In this document: positions 12,882 to 24,922 of the stretch, one piece after another
How positions within the stretch are numbered: the stretch's first letter is position 1
Layout: every line of letters starts with the position of its first letter
Origin: Octopus vulgaris
Taxonomy: Eukaryota
Length of the DNA stretch: 64,000 bases
Direction: 5' to 3'
Assembly: GCA_951406725.2 (NCBI GenBank)
Contig: OX597826.1
Coordinates: 76,012,001-76,076,000, forward strand
The notes under the pieces: model-generated
Told to the model about the DNA's origin: nothing
The model's database searches: none
Seen by the model: only the letters and a program-made list of their open reading frames with translations
Translations under genes and position numbers: made by a program

Positions 12882-13238
12882 ATATTTCTTTACTACCCAC
12901 AAGGAGCTAAACACAGAGGGGACAAACAAGGATGGACAAACGAATTGAAAGGCAAAGTTGACCTCGGCGGAATTTGAACTCAGATCGTAACGGCAGACGA
13001 AATACCTATTTCTTTACTACCCACAAGGGGCTAAACACAGAGGGGGCAAACAAGGACGGACAAACAGATTAAGTCGATTATATCGACCCTAGTGTGTAAC
13101 TTGTACTTATTTAATCGACCCCGAAAGGATGAAAGGCAAAGTCGACCTCGCCGGAATTTGAACTCAGAACGTAACGGCAGATGAAATACGGCTACGCATT
13201 TCGCCCAGCGTGCTAACAATTCTGCCAGCTCGCCACCT
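12882..13238 (-). mobile_element. SINE family B, partial dimer
   Basis: Reverse complement of the 8444 family with a duplicated, internally deleted second unit. Confidence 0.85.
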
Positions 13239-13989
13239 TGCAACAACAAAAGCAGTATACAAAAACATGAAGAAAGAAGGGCGCTTCTGTGTTGGATATC
13301 TCTTCACTGATGAAAATGGAAGAAACTTTAGGAAAGATGTTGCATTGTACACATGGTCCAAGCACCTCACATTAGGCATTAAGACTCAACCATTGCCGAC
13401 AATGGGTGAAATAGAAGAAACTGTGTGTTGTGTTCAAGGGTTCATATCTCACTACAGACATTTCCTAATGTCTCTTGACAAAACATTTAATTCTGTTTGT
13501 TGTTGTTGTTGTTGTTTAGCCTTAGGTGGTCATTTCTGACCGAGCAGACCTATAAAAAAAGGCTTTCAAACTAAGACCATCTCATCCTTTTTTGGGGCAT
13601 GTATATTCATTGCCCCACTTATGAGGAGGTTGTTACCTTTGTTGGCAACAAAGGGTTCCAACCTCAACCACAGTGGGGGTTGTTTACTTCTGATGAAAGT
13701 CATCTACCTCAACCATCAGGATTTCCTTGGAAGTGAAGGCACATGGCTCAGTGGTTAGAGCATCTGGCTTACAATTATGAGGTTTTGCGTTCAAATCTCA
13801 CACCTGGCTGTGAGTTGTGTTCTTGAGCAAGACACTTTATTTCATGTTGTTCCATTTCACTCAGCTGTAGAAATGAGTTCTCTTTCCAAGACAGTAGGGT
13901 GTACTTTGTGAAAGATTTGGCTGCTCTTTTTAACAGACTGAGCTGTCTCAAAGACACTGTGCCATTGTTTTTGCATCTGTCTGTCTAAA

Positions 13990-14168
13990 CCTGTGGTGGG
14001 CAACCTACAGCCCATGGGACTGAATAATGGGCTGCCAATGAAAAATTACTTGGAATGTTTTTAGTAGTGTGGCCCACCTGATGATGAGCCATATCTCATG
14101 TGGCACACTTCTTGGAAAAGAGCCATGTCTCATGTGGCCCACTTCTTGGAAAAGGGTTGCTCATGCCT
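13990..14168. mobile_element. Decayed hAT-type MITE
   Basis: Ends cctgtggtgggcaacc / ggttgctcatgcctg, gtggccc subterminal motifs, and an internal 34-bp tandem duplication. Confidence 0.55.
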
Positions 14169-15717
14169 GATTTAAATAGAGATATTAAGCAGGCCTTTCA
14201 AGAGAAAGTTGTCCACAATAGAAACTAGAAACTTTAACCTTCGCTCAAGTTCTGTTATGTCATTATGAATATCTCAGGCTTGGGTGAAAATTTAAATGAC
14301 AACCAAAGTGTTATTAGTTTGAATAAATTTCTAATATTCTCGACATATGTAAGCCAAAACTGTCCTCAAAGACTACTGGCAGCAGATAAATACTTTAGAA
14401 CAAGATTTTATAGACAGGTTCTGGTTTCTTACAACTGAAGAATTTTGCTGCTAACCAGAATAGTTGGTACTAGAATATAAGTTTACTGTTAGTGCATGTT
14501 GGCAAAAATCAGGTCCATTCAATTCTATCTTTATTCTGCCATCCACACTTCCAATTGACAACTAGTGTTTGTTTACATCCTCATAACTTAGTGGTTCAGC
14601 AAAAAGAGACCAATAGAACAAGCACCAAGCTTAAAAAGAAATAAAAGTACTTGAGGCAATTCATTTGACTAAAAAATCCTTCCAGTATGGCCACAGTCAA
14701 ATGATTGAAACAAGTAAAAGATAAAAGATAAGAGAGTCGGGAACAAGGGAATGGAGCAAGTGATGTCTGTGACCATTACCATTTCTCCAAGACTTATTGG
14801 AATGGTGTGGCCGATGATGGGTTGATGTTCAAAGAATTCTTGCATTATTTTATTCTTTTATTCTTTTACTTGTTTCAGTCATTTGACTGTGGCCATGCAG
14901 GAGCATTGCCGTTAGTCAAACAAATTGACCCCCAGGACTTATTCTTTGTAAGCCTAGTACTTATTCTGTTGGTCTCTTTAGGCAGAAGACCAGAAATTTC
15001 AAGGGGAAAGGGGTTAGTTGATTACATTGCCCATTAGTGCTTAACTGGTACTTAGGCTATCGACCACGAGAGGATGAAAGACAAAGTCAACCTTGGCAGA
15101 ATTTGAACTCAGAACATAAAGCCAGAAGAGATACTGCTAAGCATTTCGTCCAGCCTGGTAACGAGTCTGCCAGCTCACAACTCTTTTTAATGATAATGAT
15201 GACCCTATCCAGAATAGACGCATTGCCTGAAATTTCGAGGGGAGGGGCTAGTCAATTACATCGACCCCAGTGGCTCAACTGGTACTTATTTTATCGACCC
15301 CTAAAATAACAAAAGGCTAAGTCAACGTTGGCAACATTTGAACTGAAGAAATGCCACTAAACATTTCTTCCGGCATGGCAACAATTCAGCCAGTTCACTG
15401 CCATTACAATCATAATAACGATGATTGCATTAATTAGATAACGAGAACAATACACATAAACAATAACCTTTTGTCTCTCCCTTGTTCCAGTCATTTGGCT
15501 GTGGCCATGCTGGGGCACTGCCTTGAAGGCTCTCAGTGGAACAAATCGACCTCAGGACTTAAATTTTATCAAGCCTAGTACTTATTCTGTCAGTCGCTTT
15601 TGCCGAACCACTAAGTTAGAGCGACATAAACACACCAATATCAGTTGTCAAGTGGTGGTGGAGGACAAACACACACACAGATATATACATACAAACATAT
15701 ACATACATACATACATA

Positions 15718-15771
<54 letters not shown>

Positions 15772-15776
<5 letters not shown>

Positions 15777-16335
15777 TGCCCCCTCGTTATCGAGTATGGC
15801 CATTGCACGAAGCTTAACTGTTATTGGTGCTGTGATCGAATGTGACTTTTTAGCCCAGTTAAAATGTCTTGTACAGAATTGGCAGCTAAAACCTTTACCG
15901 GTAATAGCCAGCTGTAGTTGTAACTGGGCTTCATGTACCTTTGCATGTCGTTTAAGTCCCCTTGCCGAATTACACTCAGTTTTATGCAGGGTACTTCTGG
16001 ATCATCTGCTGAAACACGTTGCAGATTGTGTTCTTCCAGAAAGTCAATCTGGCTTTCGTGTGGGACTTGACACTGCTGATATGATCTTTTCAGCTAGACA
16101 GCTTCAGAAGTGTGTGGAACAGGGTCTGGATTTGTATCAGGTTTTTGTCGATCTGACAAAAGCCTTTGATACTGTTAATAGAAAAGCATTGTGGAAAGTC
16201 CTCCAGAAACTTGGGTGTCCTGAAAAGTTCCTTGCTTTGGTTAGGTCTTTTCATGAAGACATGAAGGGTAGGGTTAATGTTAGAGGGAAAATATCGGAGT
16301 CCATTTCAATACAAAATGGAGTGAAACAGGGGGAT
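15772..16335. mobile_element. RTE-clade LINE fragment with internal inversion (RT segment on +, C2H2-finger 3' end on -)
   Basis: + strand 15986-16335: LPESQSGFR...DMIFSARQLQKCVEQ...FVDLTKAFDTVNR...GVKQG. - strand 15772-15985: ARGLKRHAKVH, FSCQFC and GLKSHIRSQH*. Confidence 0.88.
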
Positions 16336-16789
16336 ATATATATATACATATATACATACACACACATACATACATATATACATACATGCATACATACATA
16401 CAGACGTACATCCATACATACCCATATATATATATATATACCATATATATGTTATCATTAAAAGTGTGAAACTGAGTGTTAGCAATTGGTTGATAACTGA
16501 TGAAGAATTAGGGACCTTCAGTGTTTGTCACCCGTCCAGTTTTACGCTCTGTATATGTTATGTTGTATGTTTATTTACCATACATTTTTCCATTTATTAC
16601 TTCCATACACACACATATACAGGATGAGCTTCTTTAAGTTTCCATCTACCAAATCCTCTCATAAAGCTTTGGTTGGCCCAATACTACAGTTAAAGACACT
16701 TGCCCAAGGTACCACGTAGTGGGACTGAACTCGGAACCATGTGGTTGGGAAGCAAGCTTCTTACCACGCAGCCACGCCTGCACCTTTTC

Positions 16790-17442
16790 TACACTAGGCC
16801 TAAGGCCCAAAATTTGGGGGGAGGGAGCCAGTCGACCACATCGACCCCAGTACACAATTAGTACTTAATTTATCTCCAAAAAGATGAAAGGCAAAATCGA
16901 CCTTGGCAGAATTTGAACTCAGAACGTAAAGACAGACGAAATACCGCTAAGCATTTCACCTGGGGTGCTAACGTCTCTGCCAGCTCACCACGTTAATAAT
17001 AATGGTAATAATAATCTTTTCTATTCTAGGCACAAGGCCTGAAATTTTGGGGGAGTGGGCTAGTTGATTAGATCAACCCCAGAATGCAACTGGTACTTAA
17101 TTTATTACCCCTGAAAGGATGAAAGGCAAAGTCAACCTCAGCAGAATTTGAACTCAGGATGTAAAGACAGACGAAATACCACTAAGCATTTCACCGGGCA
17201 TGCTAACATTTCTGCCAGCTAAACCTATTTCTTTACTACCCACAAGGGGCTAAATACAGAGGGGACAAACAAGGACAGACAGACGGATTAAGTCGATTAT
17301 ATCGACCCTAGTGCATAACTGGTACTTAATTTATCAACCCCGAAAGGATGAAAGGCAAAGTCGACCTTTGAGAATTTGAACTCAGAATGTAGTGGCAGAG
17401 GAAATACAGCTATGTATTTCGCCCGGCGTGCTAACATTTCTG
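16790..17442 (-). mobile_element. Cluster of three family-B SINE copies just beyond the GIPC donor site
   Basis: Repeated gaaaggatgaaaggcaaagtcgacc...gaatttgaactcag...gaaatac blocks. Confidence 0.88.
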
Positions 17443-17499
17443 ATAATAATAAATAATAATAATAAGAAGAAGAAATAATAATAATAGTAAAGTACATAC

Positions 17500-17869
17500 A
17501 GAATCCAGACTTTAATGGTTCCACTATTCGAAGAGTAAATGTGGTGCCTTTTGGTATTTCTTTCAACATTTTGGCAACTTCAAAGTGTCGACAACCTATC
17601 AAGCTCGTACTATTTATTTTTTCCAAATGGTCCCCTACTTTTACTTGAAGCATTTTGTCCATAGTGCTGTTCTCTTTGATTCTTTTGATGAATGCGTAAC
17701 CATTGCCGTTGTCTGTGATAGTTAGTCCAAGAGCGTCTTCAGTTTTGGTAATATCTATTTCTTTTGGCTGGCCTTTCAAGTGAACGAATATAAAATCCTC
17801 CAGACCTATTTGGCCTCCGAGAAGTTTGGTCATATCGACTTTGTGGGAATTCAAGGTACAAAATAAGAT
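17500..17869 (-). CDS. GIPC1: GIPC-family PDZ adaptor protein, internal coding exon (end of GH1 plus PDZ domain)
   Basis: Translation [37 protein letters not shown]...[21 protein letters not shown]...[32 protein letters not shown] closely matches GIPC. Acceptor ttttctag at 17870-17877 with a long pyrimidine tract, donor GTATGT at 17499. Length 370 nt, ends in phase 1. Confidence 0.96.
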
Positions 17870-18825
17870 CTAGAAAAAAAATAAATAAATATGAAAAATA
17901 AATAAATAAATAAATATGAAAATAAATAAGAAAAATAAATATGAAAAATAGATAAATATTCTGATTTTTCTTCAATTGAAGGGAAAAGAAGATTTTAGAA
18001 TGAAAAGATCAAAAATATCAGATTCTGTAAAATTCTATTATCTGTCTATCTTTCACTTGCTTCAGTGGCCAAGCTGGAGCACTGACTTGAAGAATTTTTA
18101 GATGAATGAACCAACCCCAGTTTAGCACTGGGTTGATTCATTTGACTAAAAAATTCAACTTCGTTTAAACCTGTCACTTATTCTATCGGTCTCTTTAGCC
18201 AAACTGCTAAGTTACAGGGACGAAAACACACCAACACCGGTTGACAAGTGATGGTAGGACACACATACACACACACACACCTGATGAGCTTCTTTCAGTT
18301 TCCATCTACTAAATCGACTCACAAGGCTTTTGGCTGGCCAAAGATTTTAGCAGAAGACACTTGCTCAAGGTGCCATGCAGTGAGACTGAACCCAGAACCA
18401 AGTAATTGGGAAGCGAGCTTCTTGCCACACAGTCATGCCTGTGCCGCCATATTTGAATTTCTATTATTGTTAAAATACTTATCTTTGTATTTTTACTGTT
18501 TAAGTCAAAGGTGTAAATGCAGACATATTCATGGTCTTTTTTGATATTTTCAGTCTCCAAGTCAGGTGGAAAGGAATTATCCTCAAACCAGAATGTTGAC
18601 CAAAATTCTTGCAAAAGAGAGAACACTCTGCTTGAGGACCCCAAGGACCATGATAGGTAGGTTGGTCACGAGACCTCGGTCTCCTAAGTTTCCAGCTTAA
18701 CCTTGTTCCCATGAAAGTCAAAGGGTTAATTTTACATCCTTGTACTGGATATATAAAATAACAAATCAGGGGTGAAGAAAATATATACACGATGCACTGC
18801 TATTACTATTACACGAGACATGTGC

Positions 18826-18860
<35 letters not shown>

Positions 18861-19527
18861 CACACATGTCTGTGCGTATGTGGATGTTTGTGTCTCCTTT
18901 TCTGCCTCGGATACCCCCACCACAATCAACAACCGTAACAATATAACATACAAACCAATGAAATAACTTCTACATGGTTACTCAACCTGCTAGAAATAGC
19001 AACCATAATTCCCTAACTCAGATCAGACCCAATCATTTCACAAAAGATCAATTTGGACAATGTGACCCTGGGTCCTCTCCCACAAGAAAAATAAGACTGT
19101 CGCAACTGGAATATCTTTGATCTCAAGTCTACTGAATTATTGCTGACCAGGGGTTAAATGATTACAACAACATATATGTAAGAGCCAATGAGGTGGTAGG
19201 GGAAGCAAGTTATTCTTCCTTAAATCACAAAAAGAAATCCTAGGTTCCTATATATATATAAATTTATATATGTATTGTTTCTGAAAGCAATGAGGGTTGT
19301 CATAGTTGGAAAGCCTTTGATCTTTAATCAGAGGTTTGCTCAAGCAAGGCTGAGTTGAGCTTAAACAACAACAAGCCTACTTCACTATTATTCTGAACAG
19401 ACTCTAGTAGGTGATGAAGGTAGGTCAGAGAGACAGGAGTTCACCTGTGACGGAGGTGCATCAAAGACATGGAAGTTAATTTGTGTAGAAGTAGATCAGA
19501 GACCAGCAAGTTAACCTGTGGTAGAGG

Positions 19528-19689
19528 TGTAGGATTGGCTGTGTGGTAAGTAGCTTGCTTACAAACCACATGGTTCCAGGTTCAGTCCCCACTGTGTGGC
19601 ATCTTGGGCAACTGTCGTCTACTATAGCCTCAGGCCAACCAAAGCCTTGCGAGTGGATTTGGTAGACGGAAACTGAAAGAAGCCCGTCG

Positions 19690-19731
<42 letters not shown>

Positions 19732-19958
19732 TGTGTGTGAGTGTGTGTGTATGTTTGTGTATCTGTGTTTGTCCCCCTAACATCGCTTGACAACCGTTGG
19801 TGGTGTGTCTATGTCCCCATAACTTAGCGGTTTGGCAAAAAGAGACCGATAGAGTAATTACTAGGCTTACAAAGAATAAGTCCTGGGGTCGATTTGTTCG
19901 ACTAAATGCGGTGCTCCAGCATGGCCACAGTCAAATGACTGAATCAAGTAAAAGAGAG
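19528..19958 (+). mobile_element. SINE family A
   Basis: Same head, body and tail as 9558-9989. Confidence 0.9.
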
Positions 19959-20264
19959 GCAGCTCAGAGACTCGACTGTAGTATAGAGATTAAATTCTGA
20001 TAGAGATGAACCAGAGAACTGGACGAAAGTGAAATTAAAATTTGAAAACAAATTAGTCTCGGAGACAAGATGTCACAAGACTAAAATGAAAATAAACTCT
20101 CCTTCGATACATACTAATATTGCTAACATAAAGAAATTAAAAGCCATTATAATGATGACAACAATAACACCACAAAACCAACAATGCAAGAGAAATTAAC
20201 GACTTGTTGTTGTTTTTGGTGGTGGTGGTGGTGGTGTTGGTGGTGATATCCCATCCTATATATA

Positions 20265-20500
20265 TATCTATTTCTTTACTACCCACAAGGGGCTAAACAT
20301 AGAGGGGACAAACAAGGACAGACAAAGGGATTAAGTCGATTATATCGACCCCAGTGCGTAACTGGTACTTTATTTATCGACCCCGAAAGGATGAAAGGCA
20401 AAGTCGACCTTGGCGGAATTGAACTCAGACCGTAATGGCGGACGAAATACGGCTCTGCATTTCGCCCGGCGTGCTAACGATTCTGCCTGCTGGCCGCCCT
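20265..20500 (-). mobile_element. SINE family B monomer
   Basis: Near-consensus copy flanked by cc(c/t)tatatatata. Confidence 0.9.
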
Positions 20501-20765
20501 ATATATATATGTATAACTAACTACATTGTGAATGTTTCAAACATGATTGGTGTTGTTCCATTCAGCTTTCTCAGGGTATTTTGAGGTGTGCCCAAACACA
20601 ATATAAAGCTACCATACAAAGGAATGTGCAGGATAATGTCTCAAATATTTCATTCAAAAGAACTGATTGGATACCAAACCCAACCTGAGACTACTCCTGC
20701 TTCTATGACACACAAGTCTGACACATGCAACCATGGAAAAATGAGCATTAAAACGATGATGATGG

Positions 20766-20811
<46 letters not shown>

Positions 20812-20923
20812 AAAATAAAAATTAATACACGGGATTATGGTAGATGATCTATTCTTGTAGAGGTTCTGCAATACTGTATGTTATACATAGCATTATTATA
20901 AGGTCGTCAATACAATTTGGGCA

Positions 20924-21260
20924 TGAAGGCACATGGCTCAGTGTTTATAGAGCATCAGGCTCACAATCCTGAGGTAGTGAGTTCAACTCCCGGACCGGGT
21001 TGTGTGTTGTGTTCTTGAGCAAGACACTTTATTTCACGTTGCTCCAGTTCCCTCATCTGTAGAAATGAGTTGCAATGTCACTGGTGCCAAGATGTATCAG
21101 CCTTTGCCTTTCCCTTGGATAACATTGGTGGGGTGGAGAGGGGGAGACTGGCAGGCATGGGCGACTGCTGGTCTTCCATTAAAAACAACCTTGTCCGGCC
21201 AGAGGGGAATTTCCTAGGTGCAGTCCCATGGTTACTCATGACCAAAAGGAGGTCTTTTCA
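20924..21260 (+). mobile_element. tRNA-derived SINE (family E). Related copies near 11437, 13733, 23115, 29490(-) and 52530(-).
   Basis: Head tgaaggcacatggctcagtg...gagttcaactcc followed by ttcttgagcaagacactttatttcacgttgctccag. Confidence 0.8.
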
Positions 21261-21363
21261 ATTTGGGTCCCAAAATTAAGTTGTGTTTTAAATATGGCAG
21301 CATATCACCCATGGACTTCTACAGTAATCACATCAAATATGTGTCATATTGATAGTAAATGTA

Positions 21364-22017
21364 CACAGACATGCAGGAAGTAAATAGACACCTTTAATTT
21401 TTAAAATTTCTGATCTAAGCGTTTTAATATGTTTTTTTTTGCAGTGTAGAATTTACAATGTAATTATTCTTTTTCATTCCAGGTGCCATTATATTAAACA
21501 TTTGCAAAGAGAAACCATGCTATGCTCAAAAAAGATTCAGCAGAACTGTCAGATTTTCAAAGAGGTTGTATTGTTGGGCAATCTGAGGCTGGTCTTAGCC
21601 AGCGAAAAATTGCTGAAAATCTTCAAATTCTTCTTGCTACTGTTAATAGAATTATAGTGCAATTCAAAAGCCAAGGAAAAGAATCAACAGATATAGATAT
21701 ACATGAAGCATGATTAATTCATGATCAGAGTTGTTCAAAAACCGAGGTTCTACTGTATATATATATTGGTAAAACGGTAAGATAACAAAATAAAGAAAGA
21801 GACCTCAATATTATGTAAATAGAGGAAATTTATCTATACAATAATATGTTACATTACTCGATAGTCAAGATAAAACTCTGAGTTTCAGATGCCGAAGTGG
21901 AAATCCACGACATCTCTTCGGTTATCTGGCTACGAAGAGATGTCGTGGATTCCCACTTCGGCATCTGAAACTCAGAGTTTTATCTTGACTATCAAGTAAT
22001 GTAACATATTATTGTAT

Positions 22018-22054
<37 letters not shown>

Positions 22055-22254
22055 CAGAGAGAGAAAGAGAGAGAGACAGACAGACAGACAGATAGACAGA
22101 GACAGAGAGAATTACAAATGTAACTTTAGTCAGAGTAGGTTAGGAATCCTATCAAATTTCAAGATAGTTTCACAATAGAATATAAATGGTTTGTGGCAAG
22201 ACATTTCAAGATTTTGAAAATTAAAGGTGTCTATTTACTTCCTGCATGTCTGTG
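21364..22254 (+). mobile_element. Deleted Tc1-like DNA transposon with TIRs and TA target duplication, carrying a nested insert
   Basis: TIRs cacagacatgcaggaagtaaatagacacctttaatttt / aaaattaaaggtgtctatttacttcctgcatgtctgtg flanked by TA. N-terminal [32 protein letters not shown] at 21522-21713. Confidence 0.92.
21770..22022. mobile_element. Penelope-like terminal-repeat fragment with ~90-bp fold-back inversion
   Basis: Arms 21831-21920 and 21933-22022 are near-perfect reverse complements. Inserted in (TA)n and contains a hammerhead-like motif. Confidence 0.7.
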
Positions 22255-22503
22255 TATACAATATCCAACAGTTTCATATAAAACTATTATTTGATTTCAA
22301 ATTTTGGCACAAGGCCAGCAATTTCAGGAGAGGAGATAAGTCAATCACATCGACCCCAGTGTTCAGCTGGTATTTATTTTATGGAATTTGAAAAAAAAAG
22401 GTCAGTTTAACACAGTATTATAAATTTAAGACTGAGTTCAAATACTGCTGAGGTCAACTTTGTTTTCATTGCCCTGGGCTTAGTAAAATAAAGTTCCAAT
22501 CAA

Positions 22504-22564
<61 letters not shown>

Positions 22565-23728
22565 TCTCTGACTCACCAGCTCTTTATCATACTCTCTAAC
22601 TGCCCTTTCTTTTCCAACTGGGGTACCTATGTATCTACTCTACACCAAGACACCTCGTATACCTGTCCCTCTATACCTTTAATCCCTCATCAAGTGGCAC
22701 AAAGCCACCTCCACTCAATATTTCTCCCCACCCCTCAGCTGAGAGGTTTTTGTCTCACAAGTTACTTGGTGGCTCTGACAATGCTGGTGCCACATAGAAA
22801 GCTCCCAGTATTCTCTGTAAAGTGCAGCACAATGTTTTGTCAGCGAACAGGTCATGGTCTCAAAGCGCCGAAAATATTTTGACAAATTAAATTTAAATGT
22901 TGAAGTGAATCTAACGGTTTTTGTGTGTTTCTTAAATGGCTTATAAACACCTTCCACGTTGCAATTGTTTTCATTCCAGCACACGATCTCAGATCAAGTC
23001 ACTCGCTATGCAAGTACATCTCCGTAATTCTTCTTAATCTTTTTTTTTTTTTTGGTTCGTGATGGGAAGATTAAGTATATTTCCAGTTTTCTGTTTTGTT
23101 TATGAGTAAACACTGTGAAGGCTCATAGCTTAGTGGTAAGAGTATTCAGCTCCAGGTCGTGAGTTCAATTCCTGGTGGCACAATGTGTCTTTGAGCAAGA
23201 CACTTTACTTCACTTCGCTCGAGTCTCAGCTGGCAAAAATGAGCAGGACCCGTAATTCAAAGGGCCAGTCTTGTCACATTCTGTGTTACGCTGAATCTCC
23301 CCGAGAAATACATTAAGACTAGACATGTCCGTGGAGTGCTCAGTCACTTGCATGTTAATTCCATAAGCAGACTGTTCCAGTGAGCATATCAAGTGGAACT
23401 CTCGTCATCAGAACTGACAGGGTGCCAGATACATGTAAACAACATCATAAAATGTCATCGAAACAAAATGACATTTTACACAAAGCACCCAGGTTTACCT
23501 CATAACCCATTTCATATTCTCAATGTTGTTTATATTATTTATATTATTTATTTATATTAAAAGTTGAAATCCAGGTGACACGGAATCTACAGATTTCTTG
23601 GTATTTACTTGAGGTTTTTTTGTATTTTTTCCTTCTTTTTTTAGTACTGTACATGTCTTTTTGCTGAACTGGATACACATACACACATTATCAATTATTA
23701 AATAGAGTTTGATTATTTTTTCATAAGT

Positions 23729-24100
23729 GGCGCAGGTGTAGCTGTGTGGTAAGTAGCTTGCTTACGAACCATATGGTTCTAGGTTCAATCCCATTGCATG
23801 GCACTCTGGACAAGTGTCTTCTATAGTTACAGGCCAACCATAGATTTGTGAGTGGATTTGGTAGATAGAAACTGAAAGAAGCCTATTCTGTGTATGTGTA
23901 TATGTGTGTGTGTGTCCTACCACCACTTGACAAGTGGTGTTAATGTGTCTACATCCCTGTAACTTAGTGGGTCAACAAAAGAGACCAATAGAATAAGTGC
24001 CAGGCTTAAACAAAATTTTAAAAAATACTTGAGTCAATTCATTTGACTAAAATTCTTCAAGGTAATGCCCCAGTCTAATGACTGAAGCAAGTAAAAGACC
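23729..24100 (+). mobile_element. SINE family A (older copy)
   Basis: ggcgcaggtgtagctgtgtggtaagtagc through gactgaagcaagtaaaaga. Confidence 0.85.
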
Positions 24101-24421
24101 AAAAGAACAAATCTGGAGCTTAGCCCAGTCCATACAGCGTATAAGTGACTGAGATTACAACACTTCCCCTGGATGGGTGCCAACCCACTGCAGGGTTAAC
24201 TTCCTTGTTCTTTCTAGAACTCATTCAGAGCTGAGTTGACTGGAGCCACAAGACACACCACTCAGTCCAAGAATCATAACCATGGTCTTACAATTATGAA
24301 TGCAATGCCCTAGCCACTCGGTCATATGCTTTCACAAATTTAGATTTAATTGTGCAAAAATAGTCTGTTTGAACCTACAGCTGCATGAGGCAAGGCAAGA
24401 GCTTATCTAGCTTTCCAAGGT

Positions 24422-24922
24422 CAGTGGTTCCCAAACTTTTTTGGGGCCGCTGCTCCCTTGATACCCAGGTCACATTCCTAGTACCTCCACCTCAACCAAC
24501 CATCACAAACATAGACTGCTTTCGGAAGCAAATTCAAAGCAACCCCATTTCACAATGCCGGTGGCACGTAAAAAGCACCAACCAATCGTGGCCATTGCCA
24601 GCCTTACCTGGCACATAAAAAGCACCCACTACACTCATGGAAGGGCATCCAGCTGTAGAAATACTGCCAGATCAGACTGGAGCCTGGTACAGCCTTCTGG
24701 CTTCCCAGACCCCGGTTGAACCGTCCAACCCATGCTAGCATGGAAAACGGACGTTAAAAGATGATGATGATGATGATGATGAACTCAACCTAATGAACCC
24801 ATTATTTTGTTGTTTTTACATGAATCAGCACCACATTATTGCCCCACTTTTCTTCAAGGTCCCCTTGAAACTTTCCACCACCGCCACCACAGAGGCAATA
24901 CCACCCACTTTGGGAACCACTG
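24422..24922. mobile_element. hAT-type MITE interrupted by an RTE 3'-UTR insertion (about 24555-24782)
   Basis: TIRs cagtggttcccaaa / tttgggaaccactg. The internal block ends in catgctagcatggaaaacggacgttaaaa(gat)n. Confidence 0.7.

Noticed and set aside
15523-16461. 312-aa ORF as an intact gene
   Set aside because: Chance read-through of a SINE, (TA)n, an inverted LINE end and an RT fragment that stops before the YADD motif.
17297-17499. C-terminal extension of the GIPC ORF shown in the track
   Set aside because: It lies beyond the GT donor and reads into intron and SINE sequence.
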